NCBI GenBank assembly: GCA_963733055.1 | Contig: CAVTBR010000001.1 | Location: 1,344,001-1,408,000 of the forward strand | Direction: 5' to 3' | DNA: 64,000 nucleotides | Source: Candidatus Bathyarchaeota archaeon | GTDB lineage: Archaea; Thermoproteota; Bathyarchaeia; 40CM-2-53-6 | In this document: positions 1 through 8,825 of the stretch, in pieces | How positions within the stretch are numbered: the first letter of the stretch is position 1 | How the letters are laid out: each line of letters opens with the position of its first letter | Translations under genes and position numbers: made by a program | The notes under the pieces: model-generated | Seen by the model: the letters and a program-made list of their open reading frames with translations, nothing else | Databases searched by the model: none | Told to the model about the DNA's origin: nothing

Positions 1-561
1 TGTGATTCGCTGGGGCGGACGACTCTCGGAAACCTAGCTGCCTCTACGGCTTCGAACATCACTTTGGGTTCCGCTTCGGCGGTGAGCCTAAAGTCCGTTT
101 GTCTATCTGACTTATCCAAGTCCGAGTCACAGCTGTTGATGATTTATTCGCTGTACTACGTGAAAATAGTATTCGGGATCTTGGACTTGGTGGCCGTTGT
201 AGGGTTGGTTGCCTTCAACTTCAACCTCGGTCCCCTGTCAAGGTTGACGAGGCGTATTCTCAATCGTTTCGGCGAACAGAAGGCTGTGTTCATGCTCTCA
301 ACAGTCGTCGTCTTGGCATCGATATTTGCGAGTGGCCTGGGTTGGTTCGTGCGCGAGGTTGGGCGAAAGCCTTGGACTGTGTATGGGTTGATTTACCCGG
401 AGGAAGTCATAACATCGGTTACCATCAGCCCGCTTGTTTTCGTGGCCTTCGCTCTTTTCTTTGTGGTGGTGGCTGCGGTAGGGATCTACGGTATCTACAT
501 TGTCTCGACAAGGCGTTTGAAGTTCCTCGAACTCTTGAAGAAGGGAGCAGGGGTGAACTAG
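1..561 (+). CDS. cydA: Cytochrome bd-type oxidase subunit I (CydA), C-terminal part, truncated by window edge
   Basis: Frame is open from base 1; GWFVREVGRKPWTVYG matches the CydA GWxxxExGRxPW motif; hydrophobic helices. Confidence 0.8.
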   Translation, partial: CDSLGRTTLGNLAASTASNITLGSASAVSLKSVCLSDLSKSESQLLMIYSLYYVKIVFGILDLVAVVGLVAFNFNLGPLSRLTRRILNRFGEQKAVFMLSTVVVLASIFASGLGWFVREVGRKPWTVYGLIYPEEVITSVTISPLVFVAFALFFVVVAAVGIYGIYIVSTRRLKFLELLKKGAGVN

Positions 562-562
562 A

Positions 563-1702
563 TTGGCGAGCGCTGAGGTACTCGGTTTCGCTATCCTCGG
601 AGTCGCCATCATAGTTCACATCATACTAGTCAACATCACCCTTGGAACGGGCTGGATCTCCGCCATGGCAAGATTTCTCGCATGGCGCGAGCACAAGCCA
701 GACCTCGAGGTCATGTCAAGGAAAGTCTTCAAGATTCTGATAATTCACGAGCTTTTCAGCGGAGTCTGGGGCACGATCATAACGGTGGTGTTGGCGGGTT
801 TCTTTCCTACGCTCATGGCTACGGCGACGGACATAATCTTCCTGCCCATTCTCATCGCCCTATCATCCATACTGATTCGAATTCCAACAATTGCCCTATT
901 CTGGTATACTTGGGGAAAGATTCGGCCGGGACTGCACACTCTTGTTGGCTTGGTGATGGCTGTGTCAGGGTTTGGAGTACCGTTCGGGTTCAGGTACATT
1001 TTCGCTGAGCTAACCTACCCGTACGCGTTGGCAATGGCCATGCAAGGATTGAAAGATGTTGCACGGATGGCGGTTTTCTTCAACCCACTCTATCCTTGGT
1101 TGTTACTACATACGTGGTTTGGTGCCCTTTCGATAGGCGGTTTCCTTGTCGCATCATTCTTCGCGATTAAGGGTAACGTGAACGTGAGATTCGCTTGGGT
1201 GGGACTCTGGCACGGCGTGATCTTCCTTGTGCTGCAGGGAGTCTTGGGGCCATCCTACCTGATCAACCTAAGCAGTAGAGCTCCTCTCCTCTATTCCAAC
1301 ATCCTTGGTCAGGCTGGATCGACATTTGATCTGGTACCACTATTCGCATTGAAACTATCGTTGATCGCATTCCTGGTCGTAGCATCCGTCAAGGTGTGGA
1401 GCAAGATTAAACGGGGATACGGAGTTGTGCCGAGGTACACACTTCTTCTCGGCCCGGTTGCTATCGTGGTGGCGATGATCGGGGAATTCATGAACGATGG
1501 CGGCAGATATCCCTACTTGGTTCTGCTGGGGAACTCAGGTGTTGAGCCATCTACCTTCATGAACGCCTATGTTCAAATTCCATGGACTACCGTCTTCGCG
1601 GTCGTCGGTGTGTTGCTCGCTTTCGTCGGAATCTTCATGGTCACAGCCTACTACGCTTTGAATAAGCGCTTCCTCGCCGACATGCCCTTCCACGCCCAGT
1701 GA
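563..1702 (+). CDS. CydA-homologous second subunit (archaeal cydAA'-type bd oxidase, CydA')
   Basis: Multi-TM; helix-1 His (IVHIILV), LHTWFGA, GEFMNDGGRYPY is a degenerate GRxPW motif; immediately follows cydA. Confidence 0.7.
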   Translation: MASAEVLGFAILGVAIIVHIILVNITLGTGWISAMARFLAWREHKPDLEVMSRKVFKILIIHELFSGVWGTIITVVLAGFFPTLMATATDIIFLPILIALSSILIRIPTIALFWYTWGKIRPGLHTLVGLVMAVSGFGVPFGFRYIFAELTYPYALAMAMQGLKDVARMAVFFNPLYPWLLLHTWFGALSIGGFLVASFFAIKGNVNVRFAWVGLWHGVIFLVLQGVLGPSYLINLSSRAPLLYSNILGQAGSTFDLVPLFALKLSLIAFLVVASVKVWSKIKRGYGVVPRYTLLLGPVAIVVAMIGEFMNDGGRYPYLVLLGNSGVEPSTFMNAYVQIPWTTVFAVVGVLLAFVGIFMVTAYYALNKRFLADMPFHAQ

Positions 1703-1783
1703 TCTTTCGAAGAACCGTTCATCAGAATCCTGTAGAAACGTAAGTCTACTGAAGGTTTATCCGCGAACGCATCCTGCTAGAAG

Positions 1784-2449
1784 ATGATTGGCATGCGAAG
1801 GAAGACCTTGACCGTTGGCATATTTCTCATCCTAGTTGGGGTTTTGTTGTTCGAGCAAGGCACGCAGCTGTTGACACCACTTGCAGACATCGCGGGGCAA
1901 ACTTCGCGCTATACTCAGGAGACCGTTATCCTGTCTCCCACGCTGTATAGCGTGCCCGCGTCGAATTACACCTTCGTCTCCGAGGATTTGACTGGCGGAA
2001 GTCAGGTAGTCGGCTCGATTCAAGTTGAAGAGAACCTTCAGGTGGCTTTCTATGTGATGAATGAAGGAAACTTTTCACTATACAGCACGAGACAACCGAG
2101 CAAACCGGTCCTTGCCGAGCCTACAGCCATTTTATACAACTTCACCTTCTCGCCGAGCGTCTCAGGCACCTACTACTTCGTTTTCCACAACCAGGACAAT
2201 AGCCCGCGTACGATAATCTTCAGTTTGAGTTCAGTCCAAAGCGTTACGGCGCTCAATCCCTTACTTCAATACGCCGACTTTGAACTAATCTTCCTCGGTG
2301 TGATCCTCTCGTTTCTGGGACTGAGGGGAGGTAAGAAGAAACCAAAACCGAGCCCCGTCACAGAATCGGGTTGGAAATGTAAGTTCTGCGGGACGATGAA
2401 TGGGGAGGAGCGAGCGTTTTGTGTCAAGTGTGATCGATCACGGAGCTAG
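1784..2449 (+). CDS. Membrane protein with extracellular beta-rich domain and C-terminal Zn ribbon
   Basis: N- and C-terminal TM helices; WKCKFC...FCVKC. Confidence 0.6.
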   Translation: MIGMRRKTLTVGIFLILVGVLLFEQGTQLLTPLADIAGQTSRYTQETVILSPTLYSVPASNYTFVSEDLTGGSQVVGSIQVEENLQVAFYVMNEGNFSLYSTRQPSKPVLAEPTAILYNFTFSPSVSGTYYFVFHNQDNSPRTIIFSLSSVQSVTALNPLLQYADFELIFLGVILSFLGLRGGKKKPKPSPVTESGWKCKFCGTMNGEERAFCVKCDRSRS

Positions 2450-3638
2450 GTGACGCTCCACTGCTCTGAACTGTTCGCTCAGCTCTTCTGAATATAGTAT
2501 AGAATGCGACGATAGATGAAACGTACAGGCCTCCACACAAGTAGAACGGGAGGCTCAAGTTTCCGCCACTTAGCATCGAACCGCCAACAACTGTACTTGC
2601 TGCATTGGGTAGGTTCCATAGAACAACGTTGAACGAAGACGCGATTGCGCGTTCGTCTTCAGCAATCATATTCATGAGGAACGTGTCTGAGAGCGGGCTT
2701 GCCATATTCATGAGAACTGCGCGAATTACGTAGAATACCCCAGCAATGAGCGCCGTTGGGCAGAAGGGAATGAGGAGCAGAAAAACGGTTGACATTGATT
2801 GGGTCATCACAATTCCCTTGACCAAACCGATAGTCCTCGCAACGCGGGGAGCGGCTACCGCAGTTAATCCCATTATGATGTTTGACGATGCGATGAGAGG
2901 TCCTGAGAAAACATCGGTCTCGTTGAAGCGCAGGTAGAACCATGTTGGTATGAGCGGGATGATTAGGCCCGCTCCGAGACCTATGAGCATGTTCGCGGCG
3001 GAGAATTTCATGATGACCCCAAGAGATTTTCGGGGCAGTATTCCCTCGCGCGATACGCTAGGCCTAGTGTTTACCGCCCATTTTTGAACCGTGAAGGCGG
3101 TTATCAAAGCGAAAAGACCCAGCGCCACGAAAGAAATTTTGTGCGCCGTGAGCAGGTCGACCCTAAAGAGCGGGAAAAATCCGGGGAGAAAGGTGCCTAT
3201 TCCCGAAGCGATCGTGAATGTCATGAATGATAAGCTGAAGGTTTCCGCGCGAACGCTCACCGTGGTCGTGTCTGCGAGGTAGGCGTTCCTTGTTGAAAGG
3301 TACATCGCGGTACCTGCACCTCCGAATACAGCTGAGATCTCCAGAAGGAGAAAGTTCGAAGTAAGACCCGGAACGACGATCACAATTCCACCGAGAAAAG
3401 ACCCCGCCAGCATTATCTCCTTTCGCCCATAGCGATCTGAGAGGACGGCGAAAGGAATACTGAGAACCACGGCAGTTAGGGCGAGTGTACTGAAGAGAAT
3501 TCCGAGGTTCGTAACCGAGATGCCTTCTAAGGGTAGGAAGACCGCCATGGCGACTTCGTAGAACCCAAGCCCCGCGGCTAACGGTGCAGCACCGATGACT
3601 ACGTTTCTAGTGTCTCTTGGAATGTCTCCGAAACTCAT
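2424..3638 (-). CDS. MFS transporter
   Basis: About 12 TM; motif A LSDRYGRK. Confidence 0.85.
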   Translation of the reverse strand: MSFGDIPRDTRNVVIGAAPLAAGLGFYEVAMAVFLPLEGISVTNLGILFSTLALTAVVLSIPFAVLSDRYGRKEIMLAGSFLGGIVIVVPGLTSNFLLLEISAVFGGAGTAMYLSTRNAYLADTTTVSVRAETFSLSFMTFTIASGIGTFLPGFFPLFRVDLLTAHKISFVALGLFALITAFTVQKWAVNTRPSVSREGILPRKSLGVIMKFSAANMLIGLGAGLIIPLIPTWFYLRFNETDVFSGPLIASSNIIMGLTAVAAPRVARTIGLVKGIVMTQSMSTVFLLLIPFCPTALIAGVFYVIRAVLMNMASPLSDTFLMNMIAEDERAIASSFNVVLWNLPNAASTVVGGSMLSGGNLSLPFYLCGGLYVSSIVAFYTIFRRAERTVQSSGASPSSVIDHT

Positions 3639-3670
3639 TCTGCACCATCACACGAGAGGCTGGATTTCGA

Positions 3671-4111
3671 TTAGCTTCCGTTTTTGCGAACAGCCTCAGC
3701 TACTTCTGCCGGTAGTTCTACTGCTTTCCATTCGGAGTTTACCGCGATACATTTGACGTATCCTTCAGCAGCCACCTTACCGTCGTGTTGCCGGATGGCT
3801 TGAAAGTCATAGGTGATTGTTTTCTCGGCAACATCCTTGACCCGCATTACAACATCAAAGATGTCGTCGAAGTGACAAGCCGCCTTATACTGACAATGGG
3901 CTTCGACTCTTGGGAATGTGATTCCATATTTTGCGCGAATATCGTTGAATGGTAGGGATATTGATCTATAGAATTCTTCTTCGCAGGCTTCGAAGTATCG
4001 GAGGTAATTCGTGAAGTGCATCACGCCGGCTACGTCGGTGTCAACCCAATGGACGCGAAACGTGCTCTTGAATGGCATCCGAACCAACTTTGCCTCAAGG
4101 AACTGCTTCAT
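3671..4111 (-). CDS. Acyl-CoA thioesterase (4HBT/YbgC family)
   Basis: DTDVAGVMHFTNYLRYFE motif; start may be ATG 4078. Confidence 0.85.
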   Translation of the reverse strand: MKQFLEAKLVRMPFKSTFRVHWVDTDVAGVMHFTNYLRYFEACEEEFYRSISLPFNDIRAKYGITFPRVEAHCQYKAACHFDDIFDVVMRVKDVAEKTITYDFQAIRQHDGKVAAEGYVKCIAVNSEWKAVELPAEVAEAVRKNGS

Positions 4112-4175
4112 GAATTTAACCCGCCCGCTTAACTGAGAGGGATACCCTTCAGGAAACGCGGAAAATCTCAGTGAA

Positions 4176-4185
4176 TGCTTATAGG
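4176..4185 (+). promoter_or_regulatory. Putative TATA box of tRNA-Tyr
   Basis: TTATA at 4179-4183, about 30 nt upstream of tRNA start 4212. Confidence 0.5.
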
Positions 4186-4211
4186 ATACGGACCTGAGCC
4201 TTTGATTCGGT

Positions 4212-4416
4212 CCCGCGGTAGCTCAGCCTGGTAGAGCTTCCGAGTCCCTCTTCACAAGGAGTGACGGAGACGCTGTAGGTGTGCGCCCAAGGCGCATCCA
4301 CGTCAGCCTGCTAGGCTAACAACGGATACCGGAGTGTCGCTGGAGAACCTCGCTGCAAGGTTCGGCGAATTCAAAATAGAGTTCAGAACTCTATGAAACT
4401 CCGGCCCGCGGGACCA
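4212..4416 (+). tRNA. tRNA-Tyr(GTA) with four BHB introns (4243-4271, 4279-4327, 4344-4369, 4376-4399), encoded CCA
   Basis: Exons join to a 77-nt cloverleaf: CCCGCGG TA GCTC AGCCTGGTA GAGC T TCCGG CTGTAGA CCGGA GTGTC GCTGG TTCAAAT CCGGC CCGCGGG A CCA; every junction has a 4-bp helix with two 3-nt bulges. Confidence 0.92.
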
Positions 4417-4419
4417 ATA

Positions 4420-5581
4420 TCACACTCGTTTGCGTATGGTTGCTACCCGAGCTAGCTTTGATAACTCGGATAGGTTTTGTTTCAGATCGAAGCTCCAACC
4501 CTGGTCTTGGTCGAAGAGCTCGTAGGAGATCGTTTGACTTGCTCTCTCGATAAAGTCCTGCCTAACAGCCGAATACGATTCCAACGACCCTTCTTGAGCC
4601 ATTTGAGAGAGGAAAGCGAATAGGGAGGGGACCTGTGTCTGGAGAGTGTACGTTCTGACAAGCAACGAGTTCTGGTGAAGAATCTTTGAGATGCCAAGAA
4701 CGAAGAAGAATTCGTTCATGGATGAATAGAATCTATTCATGTCTCGAGAGTTTCTGAATTTGAGCAATATTTCATGGTAGGCTGAGACTGTTTCAGGGTA
4801 CGGCAACACGTCGAAACCGAAGTAATTCACAATCCCAGTAGGAACGAGTTTCTTATCGTAATGGTACTTTACCCCTTGCAATGAAATGCCTAGCAGGGGC
4901 GCGAGTTCAGCGAAGCTCTTGCGACCGTTCTTCTCAAGCTCTTTCACAATCAACATGTCTTTCTTGTCCGAGAATAGGGTAGTTGGCTGGGTCTTCGATC
5001 GTTTGAGACGGTTTCTTCTTGAACGAGGCTAGCCAGCGTCCCCATTGAAACGTCCATTCATTGGTTGCCGGGTTGTAGTAGTCGAAGTTTGGGAAGTTTG
5101 GAATGTATTCGCCTGTGAGCATTATGTTAGACTGCGAGATGAGGCCCAATTCGACAATTCGTTTCATGTAGCTTCTGAACTGCTTCAGAAATTTGAATGG
5201 AATTAGGTGGACTGAAAAGTGTGTGAAGGTCCCTTCGCAACGGTTCACAGACCTCCAGTAATTTGGCACCTTAAGCGCCATAGTCACCCTGTCTTCAGAG
5301 CCAAGGTTAGCGGTGGCTAGGACAACAACACGCATTAAGCCAAGTTTTGAAACCTGGGGAACAAGGGAAACGAGCCGCTTTGATTTCGCTTCAAGTCTAG
5401 CTACTCTGTGGTAGACTGATGTGAAAGGTATGCCCGTTCTCCTAGAAACTTCGAGTAAGTTACGTGGGCCGTATTTCCACATGGCGGATAGTATCTTTAT
5501 GTTGGTTCGGTCGAGCTGCTTGATTATTTCTCTGATTCCTTTGTGCCAGTCTGCTAACCGCACTTTTTCGGTCTTCAGCAT
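4420..5581 (-). pseudogene. Tandem (double) Lrp/AsnC-like wHTH regulator, frameshifted near 4969 (ORFs 4934-5671 and 4420-4956)
   Basis: Two Lrp-type HTHs (LDRTNIKILSAM...SRRTGIPFTSVYHRVARLE; DKKDMLIVKELEKNGRKSFAELAPLLGIS) joined across ATT CTC G GAC AAG; true lesion or assembly indel. Confidence 0.7.
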
Positions 5582-5680
5582 TGTTTGCGTGCCTGGAAAC
5601 AGCCCACGGTGGCTAAGATATAACCTGTTAGTTTTCGTACAAAAAACATGGGAAATTTGTAAGGGGTGCACCGCAGGAGT

Positions 5681-5812
5681 TTAGAATAGTGCTGTTATGA
5701 TGCCGTGTGGGCCGCCGGTCGGATCTCCGGCGCTGACATTGCGCGTCATCAGGACTACGGCAACGAGGGCCAGAACTACAACCGCGGCGAGCAGGAGCCT
5801 AAACTTTGACAT
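5681..5812 (-). CDS. 43-aa putative secreted peptide precursor MSKFRLLLAAVVVLALVAVVLMTRNVSA|GDPTGGPHGIITALF
   Basis: ATG with perfect SD GGAGGTGA (5817-5824), AT-rich TATA-like region upstream, T6 tract downstream; n/h/c signal peptide layout; absent from the ORF track. Confidence 0.75.
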   Translation of the reverse strand: MSKFRLLLAAVVVLALVAVVLMTRNVSAGDPTGGPHGIITALF

Positions 5813-6128
5813 TGACTCACCTCCGCCGCGGTAAGGTTGCGCGGTGTGACTTTATTTATTTACAAAATATGACGCGGAAATCGGCAACTTATATATGCGG
5901 CTTTCAGGTTGGCTCGCTAACCCGGGATATGATTTGTGCGACCACTGCGACGCCTTAGCGAGTATTCTCTCGGACCTTGTAGGGCCTAAAGCGTCGGAAG
6001 TGGTTATGAAAAGAGTAAGGGCAAGAATGCACGGGACCAGCGAACTGAGTCCCCAAAGGGATTCACTAAAGCCAGCTAGTCAGCCACATTGACGGTCTTC
6101 GCATTAATCGAGCGCTAGGATCCGACTC

Positions 6129-6593
6129 TTACGTTATCTTGTACAGGTACAGTCTACGTGTAATTCCGCTCGTGTTAACCTCTAGCTCCCGATCTGCCAC
6201 CCATCCGGGGAGCTTGTAGTCTAATGAGACGACCCGCGCCCCCGCTTTCAGTTTCGTCTTCAATTTTGGCGCGAGCTTGACGTTCGCCGAATCTGAGAGA
6301 TAAATGGCGATTACGTCGGCGGATGACAGGTCGACTTGGAAGAGGTCTCCTTCAATCAAATCAGCCTCCGTCCCTGTAGCTGCTAATCGTTCCCTAGTTC
6401 GACTGATCCGTTCTGGGTCGATCTCAACGCCTACCGCTTTAGCCCCAAACCGCCGCACCGCCTCAATCATTATCCGCCCGTCCCCGGCGCCCAGATCGAA
6501 CAGAGTTTCCCCACGCCGTAAGGATGCTAGTTGAAGCATCTGGCGAACTATGTCCTTGGGGGTAGGAACGTAGGCGACATCGAGGTCAACCAC
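6129..6593 (-). CDS. Class I SAM-dependent methyltransferase (small, protein-lysine-MT-like)
   Basis: YVPTP, FDLGAGDGR, GVEID. Confidence 0.8.
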   Translation of the reverse strand: MVDLDVAYVPTPKDIVRQMLQLASLRRGETLFDLGAGDGRIMIEAVRRFGAKAVGVEIDPERISRTRERLAATGTEADLIEGDLFQVDLSSADVIAIYLSDSANVKLAPKLKTKLKAGARVVSLDYKLPGWVADRELEVNTSGITRRLYLYKIT

Positions 6594-6699
6594 AATCTAC
6601 TACCTCAGTCAATATCGGCAGATTGCCAAGAAACGAACGAGAATCTCCTCATGAGAATCAATCTTGACGAGAGTTGGCGATTTTCTGGTGGTCAGCAAG

Positions 6700-6709
6700 G
6701 CTTTAAACT
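6700..6709 (+). promoter_or_regulatory. Putative TATA box of tRNA-Asp
   Basis: TTTAAA at 6702-6707, about 30 nt upstream of 6736. Confidence 0.55.
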
Positions 6710-6735
6710 GGCTTCGAGGGGTGTGAGTTGCAAAC

Positions 6736-6840
6736 GCCCTGGTCGTTCAGTGGTCTAGGATGACGGCCTGTCACGTCGTCGACGCGGGTTCGAATCCCGC
6801 CCAAAGGAGCAGCCTGAAACTCTCCTGGCGAGGGGCGCCA
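6736..6840 (+). tRNA. tRNA-Asp(GTC) with a 29-nt BHB intron (6804-6832) in the acceptor stem at 68/69, encoded CCA
   Basis: GCCCTGG pairs perfectly with CCA|GGGC after intron removal; anticodon loop CTGTCAC; T-arm GCGGG TTCGAAT CCCGC. Confidence 0.92.
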
Positions 6841-6854
6841 ACCCGCGGTTCAGA

Positions 6855-6995
6855 TCACTCATCGAAACCGACAAGCTTCTTGACATCCTTCTTCTCCATT
6901 TTATCGCCCTTGCAACGCGGGCAGGTTGGCGTATTGGAGGCGGAAAGAAACTCGTAACCGCACCCTGCGCATTTCCAGTAAATAACATCCTGCAA
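6855..6995 (-). CDS. 46-aa Zn-ribbon protein (MQDVIYWKCAGCGYEFLSASNTPTCPRCKGDKMEKK...)
   Basis: TTG start with GGAG SD; CxxC-x12-CxxC; not in the ORF track. Confidence 0.7.
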   Translation of the reverse strand: MQDVIYWKCAGCGYEFLSASNTPTCPRCKGDKMEKKDVKKLVGFDE

Positions 6996-7063
6996 AGCAA
7001 TCTCCGACCTACATTTCGTTACTTAGTCAATAAGTAACGCCCTACTTCTTATTTTGAGAGGAC

Positions 7064-8023
7064 GTGTTAAATTTGATTCCAGGCACTGAAACAGATGTAG
7101 TTGCAGCAATTGAGAAAGTAAGCCCCGCAGTTGTCTCAGTCGCTACGTTGCGGGTTATTCAAGAAAGCATGTTCGACGCCATCCCAGTTTGCGGAATGGG
7201 GTCGGGAATAATTTTCGATTCAAACGGTGGAATCCTCACCAACCACCATATCGTTGAAGATGCGGAAAGGGTCGAGGTTCTTACGCCGGATGGTAAGAAG
7301 TTCCGCGGAGAGGTGTTGGGATCCGATTCGATGTCTGACGTGGCTGTGGTGCGAGTTGATGGAGAAAACTTACCCGCGGTTAAGCTTGGTGACTCTGACA
7401 AGTTGAAGGTGGGGCAGGTCTCAATCGCCATCGGAAACCCCTACGGGTTCATGTTGCCGGGGCCGGCGGCGACGGTTGGAGTGATCAGTGCGTTGAAGCG
7501 GCATATTCACGTTGAGGAGCGCATGTACGAGGACCTGATTCAGACGGACGCTTCCATCAACCCTGGTAACAGTGGTGGCCCGCTCGTAGACAGTTCGGGG
7601 ATGGTGGTTGGAGTTAACACCGCCAACATTCCGTTCGCGCAAGGCATCGGATTCGCCATACCCATCAACGCCGCGAAGAGGATAGCGAAAGAAATCATTG
7701 AGCATGGTCGTGTGATTCGACCGTACGTTGGCATAGCCGGTTTGACCCTGACACGAGAGATTGCGGAATCATACAATCTCCCCTACGAACAGGGAGCTCT
7801 TGTTGTGAGGGTAGGGAGAGGAAGCCCAGCGAAGAGGGCCGGGGTGGCGGCGGGAGATGTGATCCTGGAAGCCGACGGTAAGGCTCTCAAGGGTTGGGAA
7901 GACCTACAACACATACTCCAAGATAAGAAGGTGGACGACACCCTCGAGTTACTCATCGGCCGCGACCGAGAACAGGGAAAAGTACACGTAAGGCTGGAAG
8001 AAGCCAGCAAGGTCATCGCTTAA
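7064..8023 (+). CDS. HtrA/DegP-family serine protease with PDZ domain
   Basis: GSGII, TNHHIV, DVAVV, QTDASINPGNSGGPL; C-terminal PDZ; no signal peptide. Confidence 0.92.
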   Translation: MLNLIPGTETDVVAAIEKVSPAVVSVATLRVIQESMFDAIPVCGMGSGIIFDSNGGILTNHHIVEDAERVEVLTPDGKKFRGEVLGSDSMSDVAVVRVDGENLPAVKLGDSDKLKVGQVSIAIGNPYGFMLPGPAATVGVISALKRHIHVEERMYEDLIQTDASINPGNSGGPLVDSSGMVVGVNTANIPFAQGIGFAIPINAAKRIAKEIIEHGRVIRPYVGIAGLTLTREIAESYNLPYEQGALVVRVGRGSPAKRAGVAAGDVILEADGKALKGWEDLQHILQDKKVDDTLELLIGRDREQGKVHVRLEEASKVIA

Positions 8024-8120
8024 CCGGCCAATCGCACGCACGCGCCCCTAAGAGGGTGGGGGGGATGTGTAGTTTTCTGGGGCCAACATGTTACTTCGGC
8101 AGGAACGGTCCAAGCCTAGG

Positions 8121-8654
8121 CTAATACCAGTGACTTCGACTTCGGGTGTGGCCATTCCGTTTAGGGTTAACATTACGTTTGAAGAAATGTTCGATTGCTA
8201 TCGAAGTACACATGGCCGCGCCGACCCCGAAAAGGACGCCGAACGGTCCGCCGAGAATGAAGCCTAAGAAAACGAAGAGAATTCCAAGAAGGGTGAATCT
8301 TGCAATTCTTGACAACGTGTACTTAGTTTCACCAATTTTGGGTTCCTTTCCGGTGATTAGCGTGTGCGTTACGAAGGCTAGCGATTGGATTGCTAACGCC
8401 AGAATCCAAAACGCCGGATCCCTAGTTTCTGCAGTGACGATTCCTTGAGGAATGAGCCACAGATATTCGATGATTAATGCAATCGCACCACTAAGAAGCA
8501 GCTCACTAAAGAAACCAAGACCAACGAAGGTGGCCAGATTCCCTCCTCCCATACTCACGCTTTGTTCCGAATTGAGCGAGGCTAGGCAATTTGGGCAGAA
8601 GCTATACGCTTCACTTACTTTCATTCGGCACTTCTTACATTGGATTAGCCGCAT
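8121..8654 (-). CDS. Zn-ribbon membrane protein
   Basis: CKKC...CPNC followed by about 4 TM. Confidence 0.55.
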   Translation of the reverse strand: MRLIQCKKCRMKVSEAYSFCPNCLASLNSEQSVSMGGGNLATFVGLGFFSELLLSGAIALIIEYLWLIPQGIVTAETRDPAFWILALAIQSLAFVTHTLITGKEPKIGETKYTLSRIARFTLLGILFVFLGFILGGPFGVLFGVGAAMCTSIAIEHFFKRNVNPKRNGHTRSRSHWY

Positions 8655-8825
8655 CCGGTGACCTTCCCTTCAAGTTTCTTCTGAGACGTTCTGAATTAAG
8701 GCTAGCCGCACGTTCAGATCCTCAACCTCACGACGCCTGAAAACAGTTAGGGAAACTGCAGATATTTTCCAAGCAAAGAGAACTTGCAAAATGCTTTTGA
8801 TAGCGTCCGGGAGTCTCAGGAGCTA

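Noticed and set aside
4279-4327. Nested intron-within-intron in the tRNA-Tyr canonical intron
   Set aside because: Neither inner hairpin has a 4-bp central helix with 3-nt bulges in the registers I tried.
5895-6092. 65-aa plus-strand ORF
   Set aside because: No SD or recognised motif; may be a fragment; insufficient support.
6755-7000. Track ORFs 6755-7000(-), 6760-6957(+) and 8884-9084(-)
   Set aside because: They overlap the tRNA-Asp or tRNA-Lys genes or the real Zn-ribbon ORF in another frame; shadow ORFs.
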